From a virus, in the IMG/VR virus record IMGVR_UViG_2563366730_000001, positions 1 through 57,693 of that record: a stretch of DNA of 57,693 nucleotides; one strand, 5' to 3'. Below are positions 33,620 to 43,893 of this stretch, one piece after another. The notes under the pieces were generated by a model. The model was given only the letters and a program-made list of their open reading frames with translations. It was not told where the DNA came from and ran no database searches. Position 1 is the stretch's first letter. Every line of letters starts with the position of its first letter. Position numbers and translations under genes: made by a program.

Positions 33620-33990
33620 TTAATGTATCTAGAGTAATAAATGATCCTAGATTATCACAAGGGTTTAGTATCTTTAGAAAGTCAGGAAAGTGGGATAAAG
33701 GTAGATTTGTACAAGAAGAGGCTAAAGTAAATATGTCCGGAGTAATAAGTGTAGCAAAGCCCAAAGACATAGAAATGATTCCAGAAGGTGATAGAGTAGG
33801 TGGGGAATTAGCTATTTATAGTACACAAGAAATATTTACTACACGTAAGGGAGATATATCTAAAGAAAAGGATTCAGGTACTTCTGATGAATTACTATGG
33901 CATGGTGAAAGATATAAAATATACTCCGTAAGTCCGTATAGGGATTACGGATACTATAAAGCTATAGCTATGAGAAAGGCTAGTTGTTAA
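33616..33990 (+). CDS. head-tail joining protein candidate
   Basis: Assigned from position and translational coupling. Confidence 0.5.
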   Translation: MINVSRVINDPRLSQGFSIFRKSGKWDKGRFVQEEAKVNMSGVISVAKPKDIEMIPEGDRVGGELAIYSTQEIFTTRKGDISKEKDSGTSDELLWHGERYKIYSVSPYRDYGYYKAIAMRKASC

Positions 33991-33991
33991 T

Positions 33992-34546
33992 ATGGCAGAC
34001 CAAGTTTTAAGACTTAAGGAAATAGAAGACTTTTTTTATTTAATTACATGCCAGATGTTAGATATAGATCTAGAGAAAGAAGAAAATCAAAGCAAGGTTA
34101 GGATTGCATGGCCAACGGATGGAGCCCCAGCATGGTCCATAAATGAAGATGTAGCTTATCTAAGAATTACACCAGTAGATGATAAAATGGCTAGACAACA
34201 AAATATTATATATAATCCACATGAACAGGACAAAGCTTATGCTAAAAAGCAAACAGTATATACAAGAGTTCATAAAGTTAATTGGACTTTATATGGTCCA
34301 AATAGCTATGATAATGCAGATGTAATAAGACATATGATTTTTGATTATGATTATATGAAAAAATTCAAAGTTAAGAACTTATTTCTTATAACAGATGTAC
34401 CAATGCCTACAAGATTGCCAGAATATTATAATGGCCAATGGTGGGAAAGAACAGATTTTTCTGCTACTTTTAACGAAGCTGTAATTAGGGAGACTAAAGT
34501 ACCTTATATTACTGGTACAGAAATAAAAACTATTCATAATAGATAA
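33992..34546 (+). CDS. tail completion/terminator protein candidate
   Basis: Lies directly before the sheath gene. Confidence 0.5.
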   Translation: MADQVLRLKEIEDFFYLITCQMLDIDLEKEENQSKVRIAWPTDGAPAWSINEDVAYLRITPVDDKMARQQNIIYNPHEQDKAYAKKQTVYTRVHKVNWTLYGPNSYDNADVIRHMIFDYDYMKKFKVKNLFLITDVPMPTRLPEYYNGQWWERTDFSATFNEAVIRETKVPYITGTEIKTIHNR

Positions 34547-34561
34547 AAAGGAGGAGAGACA

Positions 34562-35668
34562 ATGACATTACCATTAAGTGATGCAGTAGACGTATCCGTA
34601 AGTGTAGGTCCGGTTAGTTCTGTTAGGACTAATTTTAATTTAGCGATTATAGTTGGATCATCTAAAATTATAAAACTTCCTGATAGAGTAAAAACATATT
34701 CTAAAATGGGAGATATGACTGCGGATGGATGGACAGGAACTGAGCCAGAATATTTAGCAGCTCAATTATATTTTTCTCAAACACCAAAGCCAACAAAGAT
34801 TGCGGTAGGAGTTTGGGATAAGGAAAAGGGAGAGACTGCTGTACAAGCAATGACTGCCTGTAGAGAAGATAATTCCGAATGGTACTTAGGATATGTTTGT
34901 GGTGTTACTAAAAGTGAAATTATAGAAATAGCTAAGTATATGGATTCTGCTACTCCAGCTAGCATCTATTTTTATACAACTAGTGATAGTGATGTATTAG
35001 AGAATAAGAAGGGAAATGTAGCAGAAACATTAAATAAATCTGGAGTTCATAGAACTTTAGGACAATTTTCTACTACAGAAGATGCAATAATGGCTATAGC
35101 AGGATATGCTATGGGAGCCAATACACAAACAGCTGGTTCTGCCTATACACTTAAATATAAACAAGAAACAGGGGTAGAGCCTGAAAACTTAACAAGTACA
35201 CAAGTAACAATATTAAAGAATAATAATTGTAATGTTTATATAAATAGGGGATCAGTTTATAACTTGTTTGAGAATGGTGTAATGGCAGATGGAACACCAT
35301 TTGATGAGATTTTAAATTTAGATATATTAACAAATAATATTCAATCTGCAGTTATAAATGCACTACAAACATCATCTAAAATACCACAAACTGACCATGG
35401 GATTGATAATTTACTAAATCATATTACAGCACCATTAGAAAAGGCAAGGAATATAGGTTTTATAGCTCCTGGTATATGGAACACTGCAAGTATTTTAAGT
35501 GTTAAGACAGGAGATACATTATCTAGAGGATATATGATTTTAGCAGATAGTATAGATGAGCAATCTCAAGTTGATAGAGAAGCTAGGAAGTCTCCACCAA
35601 TATATGTATTGGTTAAGCTTGCAGGATCTATAGAGTTTGTATCTATAAAACTATTTATAAATAGATAG
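34562..35668 (+). CDS. tail sheath protein (DUF3383-like)
   Basis: 368-aa ORF preceding the tube, chaperone and tape-measure genes. Confidence 0.65.
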   Translation: MTLPLSDAVDVSVSVGPVSSVRTNFNLAIIVGSSKIIKLPDRVKTYSKMGDMTADGWTGTEPEYLAAQLYFSQTPKPTKIAVGVWDKEKGETAVQAMTACREDNSEWYLGYVCGVTKSEIIEIAKYMDSATPASIYFYTTSDSDVLENKKGNVAETLNKSGVHRTLGQFSTTEDAIMAIAGYAMGANTQTAGSAYTLKYKQETGVEPENLTSTQVTILKNNNCNVYINRGSVYNLFENGVMADGTPFDEILNLDILTNNIQSAVINALQTSSKIPQTDHGIDNLLNHITAPLEKARNIGFIAPGIWNTASILSVKTGDTLSRGYMILADSIDEQSQVDREARKSPPIYVLVKLAGSIEFVSIKLFINR

Positions 35669-35679
35669 GAGGTAAAAGT

Positions 35680-36108
35680 ATGTATAGCACATATAGCTTT
35701 GAAGATGTAACATGTTCATTTCAACATCCAGGTGTTGGAGCTTCTTCATCAACAGGAGCTGGTCTAGGTAGCATAGCAATAGCTATGGCTAATGATAAGA
35801 CTTCGCATGATGTTGCTGCAGATGGAACTGTGATGATATCTAAAATAGCAGGTAAGAATGGAACGCTAACAATAACAATGCAACAAACATCAGAGCTTCA
35901 TAAGTACTTACTACGTTGGTATAACTATGTAGAAATAGCGAACTCTAGCGAATTTGCTAAGATGGCTATAACTGTTAAATCTAATAATTTAGGAGATATA
36001 ACTACATGTACAGGAGTTACACCACAGAAATTAGCAGATAGACCATATCAATCACAAGGACAACAGGTAACATGGAACTTAATGTCTGCAGAAATAACAC
36101 AGAGCTAG
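35680..36108 (+). CDS. tail tube protein
   Basis: 142-aa ORF between the sheath and chaperone genes. Confidence 0.55.
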   Translation: MYSTYSFEDVTCSFQHPGVGASSSTGAGLGSIAIAMANDKTSHDVAADGTVMISKIAGKNGTLTITMQQTSELHKYLLRWYNYVEIANSSEFAKMAITVKSNNLGDITTCTGVTPQKLADRPYQSQGQQVTWNLMSAEITQS

Positions 36109-36119
36109 GAGGGAATTAA

Positions 36120-36581
36120 ATGGATATGCCAGTTTTATTTAAAGATATAGAGGTAGAAGGACGTAACTTTAGATTAAATAAAATGGATGCTAGAACAGGA
36201 TCATTTATGCTATTTAAGTTAGTAAAAATAATAACACCTATATTTAAGAATTTAAAAGTTGATAATATAGAAGACATAAGCTTAGATGATATTAATCTTA
36301 CAGAGGTAATGTCATCTATTTTTTCTTTACCAGAAGATGAATTTAGATATATACAAGATAACTGTTTAAAAGTTGTAGAGGAAGTATTACCCGCAGGGCC
36401 AGCAATAGTTTTAGATAAGCATGGAAGTTATGGTGTATTGGGCATTGAATTTAATACAGGACTATTAATGAACCTAACAATACAATCCTTAATTTTTAAT
36501 GTATCAGGTTTTTTCGCAGGAAGCCCCTTGAGTTCAATAGCCAAGGGGTTGAATATCTCCCAGCTGAATTTAAAAATATAG
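36120..36581 (+). CDS. tail assembly chaperone (G-like)
   Basis: Lies upstream of the tape measure gene. A slippery heptamer sits at its 3' end. Confidence 0.6.
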   Translation: MDMPVLFKDIEVEGRNFRLNKMDARTGSFMLFKLVKIITPIFKNLKVDNIEDISLDDINLTEVMSSIFSLPEDEFRYIQDNCLKVVEEVLPAGPAIVLDKHGSYGVLGIEFNTGLLMNLTIQSLIFNVSGFFAGSPLSSIAKGLNISQLNLKI

Positions 36582-36745
36582 ATGCCTATTTATATGCTCC
36601 TGTTATCGCTGGCATGTGGAAACAACACGAAGTCTGGGATGGGACTTATACATTGGATGATTTATTAGATGTACACGAAATGATGGCAGTGAAGTCAGAA
36701 AATGAACGCAGGGCATATGAAGCTTCTCAAAGGGAGGTGATGTAA
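36120..36745 (+). CDS. tail chaperone -1 frameshift product (G-T-like)
   Basis: After the slip the reading is FKNIDAYLYAPVIAGMWKQHEVWDGTYTLDDLLDVHEMMAVKSENERRAYEASQREVM*. Confidence 0.55.
36569..36575 (+). promoter_or_regulatory. -1 programmed frameshift slippery heptamer T_TTA_AAA
   Basis: X_XXY_YYZ heptamer 2 codons before the TAG stop. The -1 frame stays open to 36745. Confidence 0.6.
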
Positions 36746-36904
36746 CTGGCACTAGATCTTATAAAAAGTTATCTTATAGGCATAGGGTTTGATGTAGATT
36801 CTAACTCAGCAAAAAAAGCAGAAAGCTCTATAGAGCAAACAGAAGAAAAAATTAAGAAATTTAATGAGAATAGTAAGAAAGGTTTTTCAGAGAGCAATGA
36901 AGCA

Positions 36905-38317
36905 ATGAAAGGCCTTTTTTCATTATTTGGCTCATCTAGTTCTTTGGGAAAGTTATTCCCAGAGTTACAAAAGCCTTTTAATGGATTAATTAAAGATATA
37001 AAAGTAGTAAAAAAATTATATGAAGACTTGAAAAGCACAGGTCAAGGGGCAGATTCAAAAGGTAATCTAAATAATTCTAAGGAAAAATCTATTGATGGTT
37101 TTAAAGAGTTAGAGAAGTCATCAGAAAGTTTAAAAATTAATGGTGGTAAGTTCCTATCAGATTTTTCTTTTAAAAGTGTAGGTTCTTTTTTAGCCATTGT
37201 AGCAGTAATAACCGCAGTAATAGCTTTAACGAAAAAATTACTTGGTTCACTAGCAAATATGGCAAAACAAGATATAGAACATGAAAAGTTATCTAGGCAG
37301 TTATGGACAACTAAGGAAAATGCTAAGGATATAGATAGTGCTTTAAAAACACTAGGGGCAACTATGGAAGACCTTTGGTTAAGTCCAACTCTTTTAAAGC
37401 AATTTAACCAATTAAGAAAAGATTCTCAAAGCTTAAGATTACCTCCGGAGTTTCAGAACAATATAAAAGTTATACAAGGGATAGGATTAGAATTTAAAAG
37501 ACTAAAACAACTAGGTTCTTTAGCTATGCAATGGATAGGTCATTATATTTTAAAGTATATTGCTGGGCCACTTGCAGAGTTTAGAAAGAAATTTAGTAAC
37601 TTTAATAATAAATTTATAAAAGTAATTCCAGCTATAGCTAAGGTAATAGGTTCAGCTATAGGTATTATACTAAGAATATTATTATTAATATTTAAGTTGC
37701 TATCTCCAATATTTATAATAATATCTAAAATAGTTGGTTTTATAATAGGTCTTGTTGATAAGATACCAGCACCACTAAAAAATATATTAAAAATAATAGG
37801 AGCTATAGCAGCTTTAATAATGGCAGGTCCAGTTGGAGCGATAATATTTGTCCTAGGTCTTTTAGATGATCTATTTACTTTCTTAAGAGGTGGAAAATCT
37901 ATAATAGGAAGTGTCTTTGGGTTCTTTAAAGATATAGGAAGTAGTGCTATAGATGCTTTAGGGAATAAGTTAGAAGGCTTTAAAGAGAAGTTTAAAAAGG
38001 CTATGGAAGGTATAAAAGACAAAATTAAAGGAGTTTTTGGAAAAATAAAAGACTTTTTTAATGGGGAAGAAACTGAAACAGATATACAATCTAAAATTGA
38101 TGTTTACCATAGGGATATAGAAGGTAATAGGTCTACTCCACCAAGTTACACAAGTAGTAGCAATACAGCTAACAATGAGACGACAACTAACAGCAATAAT
38201 AGAATTACTAATACTAATACAATACAGATTTATGGCAATGATTCTAATTCTAATGCTAATGCAGTAGATAGAAAGTTAAGAGGGATAAATACAAGGAGCC
38301 TACAGGGGGTGTACTAA
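36905..38317 (+). CDS. tape measure protein (coding may begin near 36746)
   Basis: Central hydrophobic/Gly-rich region, helical N-terminus, and position after the chaperone gene. Confidence 0.75.
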   Translation: MKGLFSLFGSSSSLGKLFPELQKPFNGLIKDIKVVKKLYEDLKSTGQGADSKGNLNNSKEKSIDGFKELEKSSESLKINGGKFLSDFSFKSVGSFLAIVAVITAVIALTKKLLGSLANMAKQDIEHEKLSRQLWTTKENAKDIDSALKTLGATMEDLWLSPTLLKQFNQLRKDSQSLRLPPEFQNNIKVIQGIGLEFKRLKQLGSLAMQWIGHYILKYIAGPLAEFRKKFSNFNNKFIKVIPAIAKVIGSAIGIILRILLLIFKLLSPIFIIISKIVGFIIGLVDKIPAPLKNILKIIGAIAALIMAGPVGAIIFVLGLLDDLFTFLRGGKSIIGSVFGFFKDIGSSAIDALGNKLEGFKEKFKKAMEGIKDKIKGVFGKIKDFFNGEETETDIQSKIDVYHRDIEGNRSTPPSYTSSSNTANNETTTNSNNRITNTNTIQIYGNDSNSNANAVDRKLRGINTRSLQGVY

Positions 38318-38844
38318 TGGCAGAAGAGATAGTAAAGACTTATTTTGATACTGGAAAAGAAAAGCTAATTTTTGATGCTATTTTTAGTACCCAACATGAT
38401 ACTTCTTTAAATATTACAGAGCATCCAATACAAACAGGAGCAGACATAGCAGATCACGCCTACGAGGAAGCTTCTAGATTAAACTTTGATATTGGTATGA
38501 GTGATGTAATGGAGAGTTACTTTAGTGGACAGTTTCATGACAACACTTCTAGATCTGTTAGTGCCTATAAGAAGTTAAGAGAACTGCAAAAACAAAGAGT
38601 ACCTATAACAGTAGTAACTAGGCTTGGAACTTATAATAATATGATGGTGGAGACAATAAGTACAACAGATGATAATAAGACTACTTATGGGTTAAGAGCT
38701 ACAGTAACATTAAAACAAATATTTGTAGTAAGTGTTACTACTGTTAAGGTATCTCAGAGACCACAAAAATCTAACCAAACCAATGAAGGAGACCAAAAAG
38801 TTATTAAAGCTGATGAAGGTTTCCTTTTTAGTCTTTTTAAATAA
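38317..38844 (+). CDS. tail/baseplate protein
   Basis: Assigned from position. Its start overlaps the tape-measure stop (TAATG). Confidence 0.5.
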   Translation: MAEEIVKTYFDTGKEKLIFDAIFSTQHDTSLNITEHPIQTGADIADHAYEEASRLNFDIGMSDVMESYFSGQFHDNTSRSVSAYKKLRELQKQRVPITVVTRLGTYNNMMVETISTTDDNKTTYGLRATVTLKQIFVVSVTTVKVSQRPQKSNQTNEGDQKVIKADEGFLFSLFK

Positions 38845-38856
38845 AGGAGGTTTAGC

Positions 38857-39180
38857 ATGTATATAGTACCTTTAACACCAAGTCCAAACCAAACTTTTAC
38901 AAGTACTATCCCTATAGATGGAAAGAAAATTAAACTGTATTTCTTTCTAAGATATAATACAGAACAAAAGTGTTGGCAAATGGACTTGTCAGATTCAGAA
39001 AAAGCTCCTTTAATAAACTCTATACCCTTAATAGGATCCCTTAATATTTTAGAGCAATATAGCTATTTAAAGATTGGTTCAGCCTATATTGTAAAATTAA
39101 ATCCTAATATAGATAGTGATAGACCAAATGAACATAATCTAGGTAAAGAGTTCATTCTAGTTTGGGGTGATACTCAATGA
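38857..39180 (+). CDS. tail/baseplate protein
   Basis: Assigned from position. Has a 4-nt overlap with the next gene. Confidence 0.5.
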   Translation: MYIVPLTPSPNQTFTSTIPIDGKKIKLYFFLRYNTEQKCWQMDLSDSEKAPLINSIPLIGSLNILEQYSYLKIGSAYIVKLNPNIDSDRPNEHNLGKEFILVWGDTQ

Positions 39181-41126
39181 GTAAAGACTTTATTAATAAA
39201 ATAGTTCCTGGGGCTAAGAAGACTTTTGAAAAGTATGGTGTGTTTCCAAGTATAACAATAGCACAAGCTATCTTAGAATCAGGATGGGGAAAATCTAAAT
39301 TATCAAAAACTGATAATAATTTGTTTGGAATTAAGTTTCCTGGAGCACATGATCCATCCTTAAGAATATCTAGGGGAACTTGGGCCACTGATGATGGTGG
39401 ATATTATGTCCATTATCAAAGTTGGGGTGACAGTATAATAGACCATGGATATTTTCTTAAAAACAATGAAAGATATACAAGACATGGAGTTTTTAGAGCC
39501 AAGACACCACTAGAACAAATAACCGCAATAAAAGCAGCAGGATACGCTGGTAATCCAAACTATGTGAAGGAAGTTACTAGCGTTATGAATGATAATAATC
39601 TTACTCAGTATGATAGTGGGACTTATACAGGGGGAGAAAGTGGAGAGAGTGCAAATAATCAACCAGGAATGACTGTAGAATCTACTAATTATCAAGTTAT
39701 TAAAGGCAGTGAAAAAGAAGGAGACATACTTTTTGGTAGAAGATATAGAATAACCGTTTCAGATTCAAAAGGAAATGCAATAGATGTCTCACAATTGCAT
39801 TGCACCTTCAACATAACCAAAACAATACAAATGGAACCTAATACGTCAGAGATAACAATATATAACCTTAATGCTCAAACAGAGAATACAATAATGATTA
39901 GTGGTGTTAGGGTAACAATAGAGGCGGGATATGAGGGGATTCAATTCGGTCTTATTTTTGATGGTGACATATTGCAGACCATTAGAGAAAAAGAAGGATC
40001 AACAACATATAAACTTACTATAATCGCCTTAGATTCAGATAGGGCGATTAATTTTGATATAGCTAACTTTTCTATAACAAGAGGTCAAACAGCAAGAAGC
40101 ATGGTAGACCATATAGTAAGTAAAGCCCAAAATCCTATATCCTTAGGAAGTATATCAAACCAATTAAGTGGACAAACACTTACCAGAGGAAAAGTATTCT
40201 TTGGAAAGTCTAGTGACTATTTAAGGCAGATTGCTAAGAGTAATAATATGCAGTATTACATGGATAATGGTACTTTAAACCTTATAAATATGGATGATTT
40301 ACCAGAGGGAGAAATATTTGAGTTGAGTCCTAAAAGTGGACTTATAGGAACACCAGAACAAACAGACTATGGAATATCTGGGCAGTGCTTATTAAATCCA
40401 CAGATAAAGTTAAATAGTCTTATACATGTAGACAATAGTTTAGTAAGGGCTAAAAGAATAGATTTAAATGGTTCTAATTCTGTTCCAGGGGTAGGAGGAA
40501 CTACAAGTAATAGTGTAAGAGATAAGATTATAGCAGAAGCAAAACAAATCTGTGATGATCCTAATGTAGAATATAGTCAACCGTACAGAGGTCAAACCAT
40601 TAACGGAATTAAGTACTATGATTGTTCTCTATTTGTTAAGCATTGTTACGAAGTAGCTGGACTTGAAATGGTTGATATAACTTACCCACAATATAAGTTA
40701 GTAGCCAGTAGCGGTAAATTTATACCACAATCTGAGGCACTACCAGGAGATATAGTATTTTGGGGTAAAGGAGATGCATGCCATCACGTAGCTATTTATG
40801 CTGGAGATGGATATTGCTATGCTGCTAGAGGAAGAGATGGCAAGGCACCAAAAGACCAAGTTGCATACCATGCCCTTTATGGAGTAACAGAGTTTGGAAG
40901 ACCTAAATGTATGATAGATGTAGATAAAGGTATATTGCCTAGTGCTAATAGTTCTAATAATACTAATAGTGATGTTCCGCAAGTACTATTTAGGTCCTTA
41001 GATAAGGATGGTATATACAGAGTAATAAAATTAGAGTATTCAGGAGATACCAGGGGCAATGATTGGTATGTAAAGTTTGAAACCATAGACCAACTTGGTG
41101 GAATGATTCCAGCAGTAGCAAGGTAG
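39177..41126 (+). CDS. tail-associated lysin: N-terminal glucosaminidase, hub-like middle, C-terminal NlpC/P60 peptidase
   Basis: ITIAQAILESGWGKSKL..NNLFGIK marks the glucosaminidase domain. YYDCSLFVKHCY...GDIVFW..GDACHHVAIYAG marks the NlpC/P60 Cys-His-His domain. Confidence 0.8.
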   Translation: MSKDFINKIVPGAKKTFEKYGVFPSITIAQAILESGWGKSKLSKTDNNLFGIKFPGAHDPSLRISRGTWATDDGGYYVHYQSWGDSIIDHGYFLKNNERYTRHGVFRAKTPLEQITAIKAAGYAGNPNYVKEVTSVMNDNNLTQYDSGTYTGGESGESANNQPGMTVESTNYQVIKGSEKEGDILFGRRYRITVSDSKGNAIDVSQLHCTFNITKTIQMEPNTSEITIYNLNAQTENTIMISGVRVTIEAGYEGIQFGLIFDGDILQTIREKEGSTTYKLTIIALDSDRAINFDIANFSITRGQTARSMVDHIVSKAQNPISLGSISNQLSGQTLTRGKVFFGKSSDYLRQIAKSNNMQYYMDNGTLNLINMDDLPEGEIFELSPKSGLIGTPEQTDYGISGQCLLNPQIKLNSLIHVDNSLVRAKRIDLNGSNSVPGVGGTTSNSVRDKIIAEAKQICDDPNVEYSQPYRGQTINGIKYYDCSLFVKHCYEVAGLEMVDITYPQYKLVASSGKFIPQSEALPGDIVFWGKGDACHHVAIYAGDGYCYAARGRDGKAPKDQVAYHALYGVTEFGRPKCMIDVDKGILPSANSSNNTNSDVPQVLFRSLDKDGIYRVIKLEYSGDTRGNDWYVKFETIDQLGGMIPAVAR

Positions 41127-41690
41127 GTGATAGAAATAAGAATTTTAAATGAAATTATAGGTTCAGATCAAGGTATGCTTAGAAGTATGGGTGATGGATG
41201 GAAGAATGTATTAAGGGTTGCGTGTCCAGGAATAATACAAAGCTTTAATTCTGATGAGCAGACAGTAACAGTTCAACTGGCATTAAGGGAGCTTATCTCT
41301 AAAGAAGATTTAAACCAGGAGTGGGTAAACATACCTATATTGTTAGATGTACCTATTGTAATGCCTAGAGCTGGTAACTATTGTATGACATTTCCTATAA
41401 AACAAGGTGATGAATGCTTAGTTATATTTGCAGATATGTGTATAGATGCTTGGTTTTCCTATGGTGGAATACAAAACCAACTTGAAAGAAGAAGACACGA
41501 TCTATCGGACGGATTTGCAATATTAGGAGTCTGGTCTCAGCCTAATAAAATAAAAAACTATTCAACAAATTCATGTCAATTAAGAACTATAGATGGAAAG
41601 TCTTTTATAGAACTTAAACCAGGAGAAATTAATATAAATGCATCAAATGTCAGAGTTAATGGAAAGGATGTGTTAACTCATGAGGTATAG
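41127..41690 (+). CDS. baseplate spike/V-like protein (Gp138 N-terminal-like)
   Basis: Assigned from position and from GIIQSFNSDEQTVTVQLAL...PILLDVPIV. GTG start. Confidence 0.55.
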   Translation: MIEIRILNEIIGSDQGMLRSMGDGWKNVLRVACPGIIQSFNSDEQTVTVQLALRELISKEDLNQEWVNIPILLDVPIVMPRAGNYCMTFPIKQGDECLVIFADMCIDAWFSYGGIQNQLERRRHDLSDGFAILGVWSQPNKIKNYSTNSCQLRTIDGKSFIELKPGEININASNVRVNGKDVLTHEV

Positions 41691-42036
41691 AATGTTAGAT
41701 ATTAATGGAGATTATTCTTTTGGTAAAGGCCAGCAAAATATAACTTATGGCACTTATGCAGTAGCACAGGCTATAAAAACTAGGCTTTTATTACTAAAGG
41801 GTGAATGGTGGGAGAATGTAGAGGAAGGATTACCACTTTTTCAGAATATACTTGGACATTCAGGGGCACCAGACAATTTAGATTTAGTTGATAACTTAAT
41901 AAAGGAAAGAATAATAAAAACAAAAGATGTACTATCAATAAAGAACTTTGAAAGTAGCTTTGAAAATAGAGATTATTCTTTTAGTTGCAAAGTAGAAACA
42001 AGATATGGAGATGTAACATTATCCTTAGACTTTTAG
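41680..42036 (+). CDS. baseplate wedge protein (W/gp25-like)
   Basis: 118-aa ORF preceding the baseplate J-like gene. Confidence 0.45.
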   Translation: MRYRMLDINGDYSFGKGQQNITYGTYAVAQAIKTRLLLLKGEWWENVEEGLPLFQNILGHSGAPDNLDLVDNLIKERIIKTKDVLSIKNFESSFENRDYSFSCKVETRYGDVTLSLDF

Positions 42037-42051
42037 AAAGGAGGGCTTATA

Positions 42052-43226
42052 TGACTTATTTTGCTCCCTATATAGATAAATCAGGATTCCATATGCCGAC
42101 TTATATAGATGTAAGAGATAAACTTATAGAAGATGCAAAATCTATCTTTGGACAAGACATTTATTTAGGAGAAGATAGTCAAGACTACCAATGGATTTCA
42201 ACAGTAAGTGAAAAAATATATGATGCTTTTCAAATAGCACAGCATGTTTATAACAATCGTGGTCCTAATGTAGCTATAGGAAGTGGACTAGATTCTATTG
42301 TTAAAATTAATGGGATTAAAAGAAAACCAGCTATTTATAGTAAGTGTAAAGTAATTGTTAGTGGGATAAAAGAGACTACAATTAGGAATGGAATAGTTAC
42401 TGATAAAGGAAATATAAAATGGGATTTACCAGCAACAGTTGTCATTCCTGAAAGTGGTGAACTTGAGACTATAGCTACATGTGAGATACCTGGACCAATA
42501 GTAGCTAATCCAGGGGATATAACAGGAATATTTAACCCTACTTTTGGTTGGAATGGTGTATATAATAAAGAAAGTGCAATCTTAGGATCTAATATAGAAG
42601 GTGATGCAGATTTAAGAAAAAGACAAAGTCAAAGTACCGCACAAGCAAGTTTAACTATGTTAGAAGGGACAAGTGGAGCAGTAGCACAAGTTAAAAAAGT
42701 ACGTAGGTCGAAGGTTTATGAGAATGACACTAATTTAATAGATAAACGAGGATTACCACCACACTCCATTACTGCAGTAGTAGAGGGCGGAGAAGATAAA
42801 GATATAGCTAATGCAATATGGATTCATAAAGGAATTGGGTGTTTTACAAATGGAGATGTAACTGTAAAAATTACAGATAAAAAAAGGCAGGTAACACCAA
42901 TTAAATTCTTTAGGCCAACATATGTAGATATAGAAGCAACAATAAATATAAAGAAATTAAATGGATACACAACAGAAACTACAGAATCCATTAAAAGAAA
43001 CTTACAAACTTATTTAAATGCTATGGATATAGGGGCGAATTTATCTTTATCTGCATTATGGGGAGTGGCATTACAAGCAATGCCTAATTTAATGGACCCT
43101 ATGTTCTCCATAACTTCTATAACTGCAGCAAGAGTAGGAGAAACCCAAAAGACAGAAGATATAGAACTAAAATTCAATGAGGTTTGCAGAGGAAATGTAA
43201 ATCTTATTAAAGCGAATGTAGTTTAG
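42052..43226 (+). CDS. baseplate J-like protein
   Basis: ATG after GAAAGGAGGG. The track start at 41985 lies inside the previous gene. Confidence 0.65.
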
Positions 43227-43236
43227 AGGTGATGTC

Positions 43237-43893
43237 ATGGCCATAGAAAAATATGTAGATAATATAACATCCCAACATAGGGATAAGCCTAAGTTTATTT
43301 CTTGGCTTAGTAAAAGTCTTACTATAATAGATCATGCTTATTTATCTGTTAAGAGTATAGATATAAACTTTGATTTAGATTATGCAGTAGGTAAACAACT
43401 AGATACATTAGGTAAGGTTATTGGGAGAGAAAGATTACTTACCTTCCAACCACTTAACGGACATAATCCAGTATTAGATGATGAGACCTATAGATTAGTA
43501 CTAAAAGCAAAAGTAGCTATGAATATGTGGGATGGTACTATTCCACAGATGTATGAAATTTGGGATAACATATTTAAAGATATAGGATTGCAATTACAAG
43601 ATAATCAGGACATGAGTTTTAATGCTTATATTACTGGTTATGTTAATCAAATTAGACAGGACCTAATACAGCATGGTTATATAGTACCTAAGCCAGAGGG
43701 TGTTAGAGTAAATTATATAGGTAAATCTTTGGTGGATTTTAAACCTTATTCTGCTATGGTTGTATCTATGGCTAAGAGTGAGGTTATTAATATGAGCTAT
43801 AATCCTAAAGAAATTATAAACTTTAAGCAAAATCCATATTTTATTGTACAAGGATTAAATAAAAGCACCATAAAAATGAAAGGGGTTGAATAG
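43237..43893 (+). CDS. baseplate/tail protein (DUF2612-like)
   Basis: Lies between baseplate J and the tail fibre. Confidence 0.5.
   Translation: MAIEKYVDNITSQHRDKPKFISWLSKSLTIIDHAYLSVKSIDINFDLDYAVGKQLDTLGKVIGRERLLTFQPLNGHNPVLDDETYRLVLKAKVAMNMWDGTIPQMYEIWDNIFKDIGLQLQDNQDMSFNAYITGYVNQIRQDLIQHGYIVPKPEGVRVNYIGKSLVDFKPYSAMVVSMAKSEVINMSYNPKEIINFKQNPYFIVQGLNKSTIKMKGVE

Noticed and set aside
37543-38022. A 159-aa minus-strand ORF inside the tape measure gene. The ORF at 36769..37038 (-) belongs to the same case.
   Set aside because: Both are antisense to the repetitive hydrophobic tape-measure region, low in complexity, and lack an SD.
41985-42051. The upstream start suggested by the ORF track for the baseplate J-like gene.
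   Set aside because: It would overlap the previous gene by 52 nt and encode an odd basic leader. ATG 42052 has a perfect SD (GAAAGGAGGG).
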